Source: Candidatus Deferrimicrobiaceae bacterium (GTDB lineage: Bacteria; Desulfobacterota; Deferrimicrobia; Deferrimicrobiales; Deferrimicrobiaceae). From it: DNA of 64,000 bases. Each line of letters opens with the position of its first letter. The first letter of the stretch is position 1. Position numbers and translations under genes: made by a program. The DNA is taken from NCBI GenBank assembly GCA_963792415.1, contig CAWBVY010000006.1, positions 858,327-922,326 of the forward strand, in the 5' to 3' direction. Of the stretch, positions 41,370-49,303 are shown in pieces. Below the pieces are notes generated by a model. That model had not been told where the DNA came from, made no database searches, and saw only the letters and a list, made by a program, of their open reading frames with translations.

Positions 41370-41962
41370 ACGACGACCCCGCGGAACGTCCTGCGGTGGA
41401 TGGGGGTCGGTCCCAGCCGGCGGATCGCCTCCAGGTGTTCCCGCGTCGGATACCCCTTGTGACCTGCGAGGCCGTACCCCGGATAGAGGAGTTCGTACTC
41501 CGCCATCATCCGGTCCCGCGACACCTTCGCGAGGATCGACGCGGCCGCGATCGAGACGCACCGGTCGTCCCCGCCGACGACCGTTTCCTGGGGGACGCCG
41601 CACGGAACCGGCCGGTTCCCGTCGACGAAGAGGAAGTCGGGGGGAAGCAGAAGCGCTTCCACGGCCCGCCGCATCGCGAGCAGGGAGGCGCGCAGGATGT
41701 TCAGCGCGTCGATCTCTTCCGGAGTGGCGAGGGCGATCCCGAACGCCACGGCGTCGGCCGTGATCACGGGGTAGAGGCGTTCGCGCTGCATGGGGGAAAG
41801 TTTCTTGGAGTCGCGGATCCCCGGGTGGGAATACCCCGGGGGGAAGATGACCGCGGAGGCGACCACCGGCCCGGCGAGGGGCCCCCTGCCGGCCTCGTCG
41901 ACGCCCGCCGGGGCCGAATACCCCCGGCCGCGGACGTTCGCCTCGAAGCCTTCGAACGGTAC
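41366..41962 (-). CDS. rnhB: Ribonuclease HII (non-canonical GTA start predicted)
   Basis: GVDEAGRGPLAGPVVA lies in frame upstream of the ORF-track start; DSKKLS, VDGN, SIAAASILAKV, HKGYPT. Confidence 0.93.
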   Translation of the reverse strand, partial: VPFEGFEANVRGRGYSAPAGVDEAGRGPLAGPVVASAVIFPPGYSHPGIRDSKKLSPMQRERLYPVITADAVAFGIALATPEEIDALNILRASLLAMRRAVEALLLPPDFLFVDGNRPVPCGVPQETVVGGDDRCVSIAAASILAKVSRDRMMAEYELLYPGYGLAGHKGYPTREHLEAIRRLGPTPIHRRTFRGVVV

Positions 41963-41966
41963 GGCG

Positions 41967-42413
41967 CTACTCCTTGGGCGTCTCCGCGGGTGCGGGCGGC
42001 GCTTCCGCGGAAACGTCCGGACCTTCGGGGGCGCCGAAGGTCGGGACGACCACCTTCTTCTTCGAAAGCCAGTCCTTCTTCTCGCGGATGCGCGCCTTCT
42101 TCCCCGACACTCCGCGCAGGTAGAAGAGCTTCGCGCGGCGGACGTCGCCCCTCTTCTTCACCTCGATCTTCTCGAGGAGGGGCGAGTGGATCGGGTAGGT
42201 GCGCTCCACGCCGACGCCGTACGACTCCTTGCGGACCTTGAAGGTGGTGGAGACGGCGTTCCGGTGGAAGCCGATCACGATCCCCTCGAAATACTGGACG
42301 CGCTCCTTCTCGCCTTCCTTGATCCGCGAGAAGACCCGGACGGTGTCCCCCACGTTGAATTTCGGGAGATCCTTGCGCTGCTGCCGGGATTCGATATCCT
42401 GGAGGAGACTCAT
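41967..42413 (-). CDS. rplS: 50S ribosomal protein L19 with acidic/Pro-rich C-terminal tail
   Basis: FNVGDTVRV, KEGEKERVQYFEG, RKESYGVGVERTYP, VRRAKLFYLR. Confidence 0.97.
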   Translation of the reverse strand: MSLLQDIESRQQRKDLPKFNVGDTVRVFSRIKEGEKERVQYFEGIVIGFHRNAVSTTFKVRKESYGVGVERTYPIHSPLLEKIEVKKRGDVRRAKLFYLRGVSGKKARIREKKDWLSKKKVVVPTFGAPEGPDVSAEAPPAPAETPKE

Positions 42414-42483
42414 GGCCATATCCTGTCCTTTCGCTGCCTTCGGTTGCGGGTGATGAAGATGACCTGACAATGTATTCCAACCG

Positions 42484-43176
42484 CTACGGGTCTGTCAACT
42501 TTTTCTTCAGCAGGTCCGGGCGGTTCCGCGCCGTCCGGCGCTCCCCCTCCGCCTCGCGCCACGCCGCGACGGCGGCATGGTCCCCCGAAAGGAGAACGTC
42601 GGGGACGGTCCAGCCCCGGAAGTCGCGCGGCCGCGTGTAGTGGGGCGCTTCCAGGATCCCGCGCGAAAACGAGTCGTTGTGCACCGCTGCCGGGTCCCCC
42701 AGCACCCCCGGCAGGAACCGGGCCACGGCGTCGATCAGCACCAGCGCCGGCAGTTCCCCGCCGGAGAGGACGTAATCCCCGATGGAGAGTTCCTCGTCGG
42801 CCAGGTGGTCCGCCACCCGCTGGTCCACCCCTTCGTACCGCCCGCAGAGGAGGATCAGGTGCTCCTCCTTCGCCAGCCGGGCGGCGGTCTCCGGCGTCAG
42901 GAGGGAGCCCGCGGGGGAGAGGAGGACGACCCGCCCCGGCCCGTGGGCCGCGCGGAGCGCCTCGACACCGGCGAAGATCGGCTCGGGCTTCATCACCATC
43001 CCGCCGCCGCCGCCGAAAGGGGGCTCGTCGGTCACCCGGTGCTTCCCCTCCGCGTAGGGGCGCAGGTCGTGCACTTCCACCGCGAGGAGCCCCGCCTCCC
43101 CCGCCCGTCCGAGGATGCTGTGGGAAAGCGGCCCCGGAAAGATCCCGGGGAAAAGCGTCAGGACGTCGATCCTCAC
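42484..43176 (-). CDS. trmD: tRNA (guanine37-N1)-methyltransferase
   Basis: IDVLTLFP, GGGGGMVMKPEP, CGRYEGVDQR, SIGDYVLSGGE, HYTRP. Confidence 0.97.
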   Translation of the reverse strand: MRIDVLTLFPGIFPGPLSHSILGRAGEAGLLAVEVHDLRPYAEGKHRVTDEPPFGGGGGMVMKPEPIFAGVEALRAAHGPGRVVLLSPAGSLLTPETAARLAKEEHLILLCGRYEGVDQRVADHLADEELSIGDYVLSGGELPALVLIDAVARFLPGVLGDPAAVHNDSFSRGILEAPHYTRPRDFRGWTVPDVLLSGDHAAVAAWREAEGERRTARNRPDLLKKKLTDP

Positions 43177-43177
43177 G

Positions 43178-43744
43178 TCACCACCCCTCGGGCGGAGAGG
43201 CGACCACCCGCCGCGCCGCCGTGTCGACCTTGCGGAGGAAGGCCTCCACCACGGGGAGGTACGCATCCTCCCCCCCCGGCCGCCGGACGACGAGGAAGTC
43301 GTAGGCCGCACCCGGCTCCACCGCCACCACCTCGCCCAACGGGGCGCCCGCCTCGTCCACCACGAGGCAGCCGACCGCGTCGATCCAGTAGAACTCGCCT
43401 TCGGGGAGGGAGGGGAGCGCGTCGTACCGCACGGAGACGACCGCCTTCACCAGCGGTTCCGCCGCCTCGACGGTGTCGATCCCCAACAAAGCGAAAACGG
43501 CGCAGCCGCCCGCGCGCTGCGCCGTCACCACCTCGTACTCGACCGCCGCCGTCCCGTGCCCCCCGTTCTTCGTGCTGCGGGGTACCCCAGGGAGCGCATT
43601 TCCTACGGGAGTGGGGCGCCCCCCCGTCAGCCGCAGCACCTTCGCGGCGAGAACCCCCGAAGGGTCCCCGGAGAACGCCGCCACCTTGACCTTGCCGCGA
43701 ACGCCGTGGAGGCCGATCACCCGGCCGATGTCGAGGAACTTCAT
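43178..43744 (-). CDS. rimM: Ribosome maturation factor RimM (with about 20-aa insertion)
   Basis: IGRVIGLHGVRGKVKV, LPEGEFYWIDAVG, YLPVV; operon position. Confidence 0.93.
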   Translation of the reverse strand: MKFLDIGRVIGLHGVRGKVKVAAFSGDPSGVLAAKVLRLTGGRPTPVGNALPGVPRSTKNGGHGTAAVEYEVVTAQRAGGCAVFALLGIDTVEAAEPLVKAVVSVRYDALPSLPEGEFYWIDAVGCLVVDEAGAPLGEVVAVEPGAAYDFLVVRRPGGEDAYLPVVEAFLRKVDTAARRVVASPPEGW

Positions 43745-43811
43745 GGCGGAGGGCACTCCTACCCGCAGCACATATCCAAACTGCGATCCGAACTGTCGGC
43801 CGGAGAATCTT

Positions 43812-43921
43812 CGCCGCGTACCTCGGAGGGCGGGGCTCAGTGAGGTAAAGCGCAGCCGTGCAGGTGCATCTGCACGGCGAGCTCACGAACGGAGCCCCGC
43901 CCTCCGAGGTGACGCAGCCGG
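43812..43921. repeat. Palindromic repeat element, copy A
   Basis: 19-bp perfect stem 43820-43838/43892-43910 plus inner GCCGTGCAG/CTGCACGGC stem; inverted homolog at 44325-44433. Confidence 0.8.
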
Positions 43922-43945
43922 ACCCTACCGTTGCGACGAGGAGTA

Positions 43946-44230
43946 TTAAGCCGTGGCGGGTTTGCCCGCCTTGGCCGCCTGGAACTTCTTCCACGTGCCG
44001 GACTTTTTCAGAAGGCTCTTGACCGTTTCGGTCGGCAGCGCGCCCTTCGAAAGCCATTTGAGGGTCACCGCCTCGTCGATCACGATCTTCGCCGGGTTCT
44101 CCCGGGGAGCGTACGTCCCGACGTACGCGATGCAGCGCCCGTCGCGGGGCATCTTCGAGTCCGCCACCACCACGCGGTAGAAGGCCATCTTCTTGCGGCC
44201 CGTCCGCGCCAAACGAATCCTCACCGCCAT
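43946..44230 (-). CDS. rpsP: 30S ribosomal protein S16
   Basis: [38 protein letters not shown]. Confidence 0.98.
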   Translation of the reverse strand: MAVRIRLARTGRKKMAFYRVVVADSKMPRDGRCIAYVGTYAPRENPAKIVIDEAVTLKWLSKGALPTETVKSLLKKSGTWKKFQAAKAGKPATA

Positions 44231-44324
44231 GAACCGATCCTCCTGCTTTTCGTTGGAAGTTTCGACACTTTACCACAACAACCGCCGCTTCGTTTCACAA
44301 ATCGTGGGCCTCCCGGACGACACA

Positions 44325-44433
44325 TCCGGCTGCATCGCCTCGGAGCGGGACTCCGTTCGGGCTCGCCGTGCGGTGAACCTGCCCGGCTGCGCTTTACCTC
44401 ACTGCGCCCCCCTCCTGCGGCGATTCCGCCGGA
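44325..44433. repeat. Palindromic repeat element, copy B (inverted relative to A; overlaps the ffh 3' end)
   Basis: 44384-44404 is the exact 21-nt reverse complement of 43838-43858; similarity extends about 100 nt; degenerate MITE-TIR-like GCTTCGTTTCACAAATCGT at 44287-44305. Confidence 0.75.
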
Positions 44434-45800
44434 CTCTCCTGTATCGTGCGCCCTGCGTTCCGGTATCTCAGGAAGGGGAAGTTCCGCCCCATGCCGCGCA
44501 TCCCGCCCTTCGTCATCCGCTGGATCATCGCCTCCGCCTGCTGGAAATTCTTCATCAGGCGGTTGACGTCCTGCACCGTCGTCCCGCTCCCGGCGGCGAT
44601 CCGCTTCCGGCGGCTGCCGTTCAGGATCCGGGCGTTTCGCCGCTCCTGCGGCGTCATCGAGTCGATGATGGCGACGACCCGCTTCAGCTCCCCCTCGTCG
44701 GGCGCCATCCCCTTCAGCTCCTTCGCCTTCGCGCCCAGGCCGGGGATCATCCCGAGGATCTCTTCCATCGACCCCATCTTCTTCAACCGCAGCAGCTGGT
44801 CGCGGAAATCCTCGAGCGTGAACTCGTTCTTCCGGAGCTTCCGCTCGAGCTCCTTCGCCTGCTTCTCGTCGACCTGGTCCTGCGCCTTCTCGACGAAGGT
44901 GAGGATGTCGCCCAGTCCCAGGATGCGGGAGGCCATCCTCTCGGGGTGGAACGGCTCGAGGGCGTCGAGCTTCTCCCCCGTCCCGACGAACTTCACCGGG
45001 GCCCCGGTCACCGCGCGGATCGAGAGGGCCGCCCCGCCGCGGGCGTCGCCGTCGGCCTTCGTCAGCACCACGCCGGTAAGCGCCAGCTTCCCGTGGAACG
45101 CCTTCGCGACGTTAACGGCGTCCTGGCCGGTCATCGCGTCGGCCACCAGGAGGATCTCCCCCGGGTCGACCGCCGCCTTGATCCGGGAGAGCTCCTCCAT
45201 CAGCGGCGCGTCGACGTGGAGGCGCCCCGCCGTGTCGAGGAGGACCGTGTCGTAGCCGTTGAGCTCGGCGAATTTCAACGCCTCCCGGCAGATCGCCACC
45301 GGGTCGGCGTCGGGGCGGGAGTCGAACACCGGGATCTCCAGCTGCCGCCCGAGGACCTTCAACTGCTCGATGGCGGCCGGGCGGTAGACGTCGGCGGGGA
45401 CCAGGAACGGGGTCCGCTTCCTCTTCTGGAGATACAGGGCGAGCTTGCCGCACGTGGTCGTCTTCCCCGACCCCTGCAGCCCCACGAGCATCACCGGGAC
45501 GGGGGGTTTGCGGGCGAGGTTCAGCTCCTGCGCCTGCGCCCCCATCATCCGGGTCATCTCTTCGTGGACGATCTTGATGAAGTGCTGGTCGGGGGAGAGG
45601 GAGGCGAGCACCTCGGCCCCCAGCGCCTTCTCCTTGACCGCCGCGACGAAATCCTTCACGACCTTGTAGTTGACGTCGGCTTCCAGCAGCGCCAGGCGGA
45701 CCTCGTTCAGCGCCCCCTCGACGTTCCCCTCGGAGATGCGCCCGTGCCCGCGCAGCTTCTTGAGGACGCCCTGGAATGTTTCCGACAGGTTCTCGAACAC
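44394..45800 (-). CDS. ffh: Signal recognition particle protein Ffh
   Basis: ALLEADVN, GLQGSGKTT, DTAGR, TKADGDARGG, ERMASRILG, RIAAGSG. Confidence 0.98.
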   Translation of the reverse strand: MFENLSETFQGVLKKLRGHGRISEGNVEGALNEVRLALLEADVNYKVVKDFVAAVKEKALGAEVLASLSPDQHFIKIVHEEMTRMMGAQAQELNLARKPPVPVMLVGLQGSGKTTTCGKLALYLQKRKRTPFLVPADVYRPAAIEQLKVLGRQLEIPVFDSRPDADPVAICREALKFAELNGYDTVLLDTAGRLHVDAPLMEELSRIKAAVDPGEILLVADAMTGQDAVNVAKAFHGKLALTGVVLTKADGDARGGAALSIRAVTGAPVKFVGTGEKLDALEPFHPERMASRILGLGDILTFVEKAQDQVDEKQAKELERKLRKNEFTLEDFRDQLLRLKKMGSMEEILGMIPGLGAKAKELKGMAPDEGELKRVVAIIDSMTPQERRNARILNGSRRKRIAAGSGTTVQDVNRLMKNFQQAEAMIQRMTKGGMRGMGRNFPFLRYRNAGRTIQESPAESPQEGGAVR

Positions 45801-45837
45801 GTGCCTTCCCCTTTCCTGCGGCGGGAGCGAGCGTTCA

Positions 45838-45867
45838 AATATAGGGGATTCCGCCCCGGTGCGTCAA
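45838..45867 (-). promoter_or_regulatory. Candidate sigma70 promoter of ffh
   Basis: Minus strand TTGACG-18 nt-TATATT, about 40 nt upstream of the GTG start. Confidence 0.55.
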
Positions 45868-45880
45868 TCCGCCGGAAATG

Positions 45881-45909
45881 AAAAAGCCCCCGGGGTTTCC
45901 CCCGGGGGC
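45881..45909 (-). terminator. Intrinsic terminator of the porin gene
   Basis: Minus strand GCCCCCGGGG-GAAA-CCCCGGGGGC followed by TTTTT. Confidence 0.85.
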
Positions 45910-45938
45910 CGTTCGTGAGGATTCCGTTCCCGCCTCGC

Positions 45939-47381
45939 CTAGTACGAGTAGTTGATCCGGGCGTAGGAGGTCCAGGCGTCCTTGATCTCCTTGCCATTGA
46001 CGTTTGCATCGGAAGTGAAGTAGTCGCCGATCCACGCGTAGGCACCGACCAAGCCCACATCCAGGCCCTTCAGGATGTTGTAGTCGATTCTCGCGTTGAC
46101 CTCGGTGCCCATGTCCTTGCCACCCACATTAATAAGACTGTCGGATTTCGTCAACTTGGTGGCAGCGAGATACCCGATGTTCCCCTGGATCTTCAGCTTC
46201 TTGCTCAGGGGCTGCGCGTACCCGGCCGCCAGGTGCCACATGCCGCGCCCGCCGTTGCCCGGATCGGTGGCATTTACGCTGGTTCCGGGGTAGTACGCGC
46301 CTCCGGAGCAGCCGATGAGGCACTGGGACACGTTGATGGTGTCGGGGCTCGGCAGCAGGATGGCCATGTTGGTGCGGCTGTAGCCGGAGCTCCCGGTGGG
46401 GGACGCCTCGTGGGTCGCCAGCGTGACGGGCGCCTTGTACTTGTCGCCCGGATCGTCGCCGCCGCTCAGGTAGAGCCCCTCGACGAACATCTTCCCGGGT
46501 CCGACGCTCAGGTCGCCCCGCAGGTTAGCCATGTAGGCGGTGATGTCGATGTCGCTGTCCCCGGAATTGCGGGCTTCGAACGTCCCCCACTGGTACATCA
46601 GGAACCCGGAGAGCGCGACCGGACCGGCCTTGAAGGCCCCGTTGATGCCGGGCATGTACACCTTTAGGTTGCCGGGAAACGGGGGAGCATTGCCTCCACC
46701 AGGAAGATTGCCAGCCTGCTTGTACGTCGCATCCTGTAGGAAGTAGAAATTCACCCCGAGTGTCGCGTCCTTCGTCGGGACGAAATCCGCGGAGGCGTAA
46801 TACAGGGTCTGGTCGTCGGCCTTCTGGACGGCGTTTTCATAGAGCTTCGCCCAGCCGAGCTTGTACTTCACCGGCTCGAACTTGCCCTGCATGAAGATGC
46901 CCGCCATGTCGGCGCCGCCGTAGATGACGCCGGCGTAGTCGTCGCTCTGGCTCTGGAGGCCCACCGTGAAATCCAGGGAGGTGTCGGGGAGCTTGAACCA
47001 GACGTAGATGTTCTTCGTCTCGGTCTGTACCTTGTCGGCCCCGAGGGCGCCGCCAGAGTTCCGCGTCGCCGCTCCCGGCGCCGCGCTGCCGCCTGAATCG
47101 CCCCACAGCATGTCGCTCTCGAGGTACCATACGGCCTTCACGTTCTCGGTTCCGGAGAACTCGAACTTCACGCGAAAGCGCTGCTCGACATACGCGTTGG
47201 TCTGCTCCTCGTCCCCCACCTCCCCGGTTCTCAGGCTGCCTTGGCCGCCCACATCGTGGAAATTGGACAGCCACGCCTTCGAACGGTAGAACCCGCTGGC
47301 CTTGATATCCGCCGCCATCGCCGGCAAGGCGAACGCCGCCGCCAGGACGACCACCAGTAAAACGATTAAGCCTTTCCGCAT
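45939..47381 (-). CDS. Outer-membrane beta-barrel porin (deltaproteobacterial OmpJ/homotrimeric porin-like)
   Basis: Signal peptide ending AMA, amphipathic strands, C-terminal aromatic ARINYSY, strong SD (AAGGAGG), own terminator. Confidence 0.8.
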   Translation of the reverse strand: MRKGLIVLLVVVLAAAFALPAMAADIKASGFYRSKAWLSNFHDVGGQGSLRTGEVGDEEQTNAYVEQRFRVKFEFSGTENVKAVWYLESDMLWGDSGGSAAPGAATRNSGGALGADKVQTETKNIYVWFKLPDTSLDFTVGLQSQSDDYAGVIYGGADMAGIFMQGKFEPVKYKLGWAKLYENAVQKADDQTLYYASADFVPTKDATLGVNFYFLQDATYKQAGNLPGGGNAPPFPGNLKVYMPGINGAFKAGPVALSGFLMYQWGTFEARNSGDSDIDITAYMANLRGDLSVGPGKMFVEGLYLSGGDDPGDKYKAPVTLATHEASPTGSSGYSRTNMAILLPSPDTINVSQCLIGCSGGAYYPGTSVNATDPGNGGRGMWHLAAGYAQPLSKKLKIQGNIGYLAATKLTKSDSLINVGGKDMGTEVNARIDYNILKGLDVGLVGAYAWIGDYFTSDANVNGKEIKDAWTSYARINYSY

Positions 47382-47633
47382 GATTCCCCTCCTTAGAGAT
47401 GAGTTCCTGTTCTTCGACTTCTTTTTGTACAACAGGAAAATCTTTTCGTCAATTTCTTTCCCCCCCTCGGCCACCACCTCCTCCCGCCATGGTCTTATCT
47501 TCTGCGCATGTTGCGCCCCTGAGCACCCCGATTATGCCAGACCCAGGAAAAAAACCTTGTTTTTTTTTGACCTGAATATCACCCTGCCGGCATCTTGTCA
47601 AGGTTTTTCGATGCGGTGGATGCGCTCCCCCCG

Positions 47634-49271
47634 CTATTCCACCTGGAATAAAACCAGCCGGCTGATTTTATCCTTGAATACCGACCCGGAGGAATCGATC
47701 TCCGAGCCCACGATCCTCCCCCCTTTTCCGAAAGCCCCCGGGGAGAGAAAATCGGCCCCGGTGAGGGTGCGGCTGCTGCTCTCGGTACCCGCCTTCTGCC
47801 TGAACTCCCCCCGGTCCCACTGGAGGAGAACCAGGCGCGTGGGCCCCACCGTGTTCACCACGCCCAGCCTTGCTTCGGGGATCAGGACCAGGGGGTCCTC
47901 CCCCCCGCCGGCGGCAACGCGCACCGCCTTCCGCACCGGAAACCACTTCCTGCGGCCCTCGATCTGGATGTAGGGGCCCCACTCGAAGAGATCCGGGGTC
48001 GCCCCGTACTGGCCGGACGATTTATACTGGCTTTTTCCACCGGCGTCCAGGACCCGGAGGTAGGAATTCACGTCCGTGTAGATCAGCCGCCACTCCTTCC
48101 CGAAACGGGCCGACGAGAGGCCCGGCAGGCCCGACGACAGCGGGAGGATGTCCGTGTCCTGGGGAAACTTCTCCCCCTCCGCGAACCCCTTCCCGTCCCA
48201 CCGGAGGGCCACGATCTTTCCCTGGAACGGGGTGTCGATCCCCTGGTACTGGCCGACCAGAACCGGCTTTCCCATCCAGTCCGGGAGCACGACGAGGTAG
48301 TAATGAATCCCCCCCGCCACTTCCTGGTACGCGTCCCCTTTCTTCTTCAGGACGAACGACGCCACCGTCTCGTCCACGAGATCGGTGACGAGGATCTCCT
48401 TCGAACCGTCCCCGTCGATGTCCATGGCATAGACGTCCAGAAAATGGTGCCCCAGGGGCTTGGTGATGCGCGTGAACGGCGCAAATTCCGTCCCCTTCAC
48501 GCGAAACAGGTGGAGGGCCGTCCTTCCGTAGGCGGCCACCAGGGCGTTCCCCTCGGCGTCCGCGTCCACGGTGACGACGCCGTACAACTCGTCGTTGATC
48601 TTGTCGGATTGTCCGACGACTTTTATGGAAGACGGACTCCACCCGCCGGCCAGCGTGGTCGGGACGGGCGCGGGGGGAGGTGCGGCCGCCGGGGCCGCCT
48701 GCGGGGGGGCCGCCGCCGCGACCCCGCCGATCGGAACCGGCGCGACCGAAACCGGCGCCGGGGCCGCGGGGGGCGGAGCCGGGGAGACGGTCCGGATCGC
48801 CCCCTGGACGTCGAAGAGCTTCTCGGCGATCTCGCCGGAGAGCAGGCCCAGTTGCGCGATGATGTCGTCTTCGGTCGCCGCCGCCGTGAAGAACGCCCCG
48901 GCGCTCCCGCCGGTGGACAGGTCGGTCACCGCGGCGTCGATGCTGTACCCTTTCCCGAGCTTGGCGACCGTCCCCTGGAGCAGGAGGGGGTACTTCGCCT
49001 CCCGGGCCGCCTCTGCCGGGGATTTCCCCCCGGCGGGAAGCAGCAGGACGTCGGCGCCGGCCAGCGCCATCAGGCGGGAGGCCAGCAGGCGCGGCAGGAC
49101 GGCGACCGTCCCCCCGATGTCCTCCTGCGTCAGGGAAACGAACGGGGCGATGGCGATGCGGCGGGAGTAGCCGGCGGCCTCCGCCGGGATGGGGGACGCC
49201 AGGACGGAGGAAACGAGAAGGATGGCGCCAAGAACGGCGCGCGCCACGTGTCGACCGGGAACGATGCGCAT
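47634..49271 (-). CDS. Exported protein: TolB-N-like domain, Pro/Ala linker, FG-GAP/VCBS repeat domain
   Basis: Signal peptide, RIAIAPF, low-complexity linker, DIDGDGSKEILV calcium-blade motif. Confidence 0.7.
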   Translation of the reverse strand: MRIVPGRHVARAVLGAILLVSSVLASPIPAEAAGYSRRIAIAPFVSLTQEDIGGTVAVLPRLLASRLMALAGADVLLLPAGGKSPAEAAREAKYPLLLQGTVAKLGKGYSIDAAVTDLSTGGSAGAFFTAAATEDDIIAQLGLLSGEIAEKLFDVQGAIRTVSPAPPPAAPAPVSVAPVPIGGVAAAAPPQAAPAAAPPPAPVPTTLAGGWSPSSIKVVGQSDKINDELYGVVTVDADAEGNALVAAYGRTALHLFRVKGTEFAPFTRITKPLGHHFLDVYAMDIDGDGSKEILVTDLVDETVASFVLKKKGDAYQEVAGGIHYYLVVLPDWMGKPVLVGQYQGIDTPFQGKIVALRWDGKGFAEGEKFPQDTDILPLSSGLPGLSSARFGKEWRLIYTDVNSYLRVLDAGGKSQYKSSGQYGATPDLFEWGPYIQIEGRRKWFPVRKAVRVAAGGGEDPLVLIPEARLGVVNTVGPTRLVLLQWDRGEFRQKAGTESSSRTLTGADFLSPGAFGKGGRIVGSEIDSSGSVFKDKISRLVLFQVE

Positions 49272-49303
49272 TAGATGAAACCTAACAGAGGGGGACGGCT
49301 CCG

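Noticed and set aside
44231-44440. Structured region near ffh as SRP RNA (ffs)
   Set aside because: Lacks the CAGG..GGAA/GNRA..AGCA helix-8 motif and matches the inverted repeat at 43812-43921 instead
47518-47541. CTGGCATAATCGGGGTGC (minus strand) upstream of the porin as a sigma54 promoter
   Set aside because: GG to GC spacing is 12 rather than the obligatory 10
48640-48800. Extremely GC-rich low-complexity stretch as a repeat element
   Set aside because: Simply encodes the Pro/Ala linker of the FG-GAP protein
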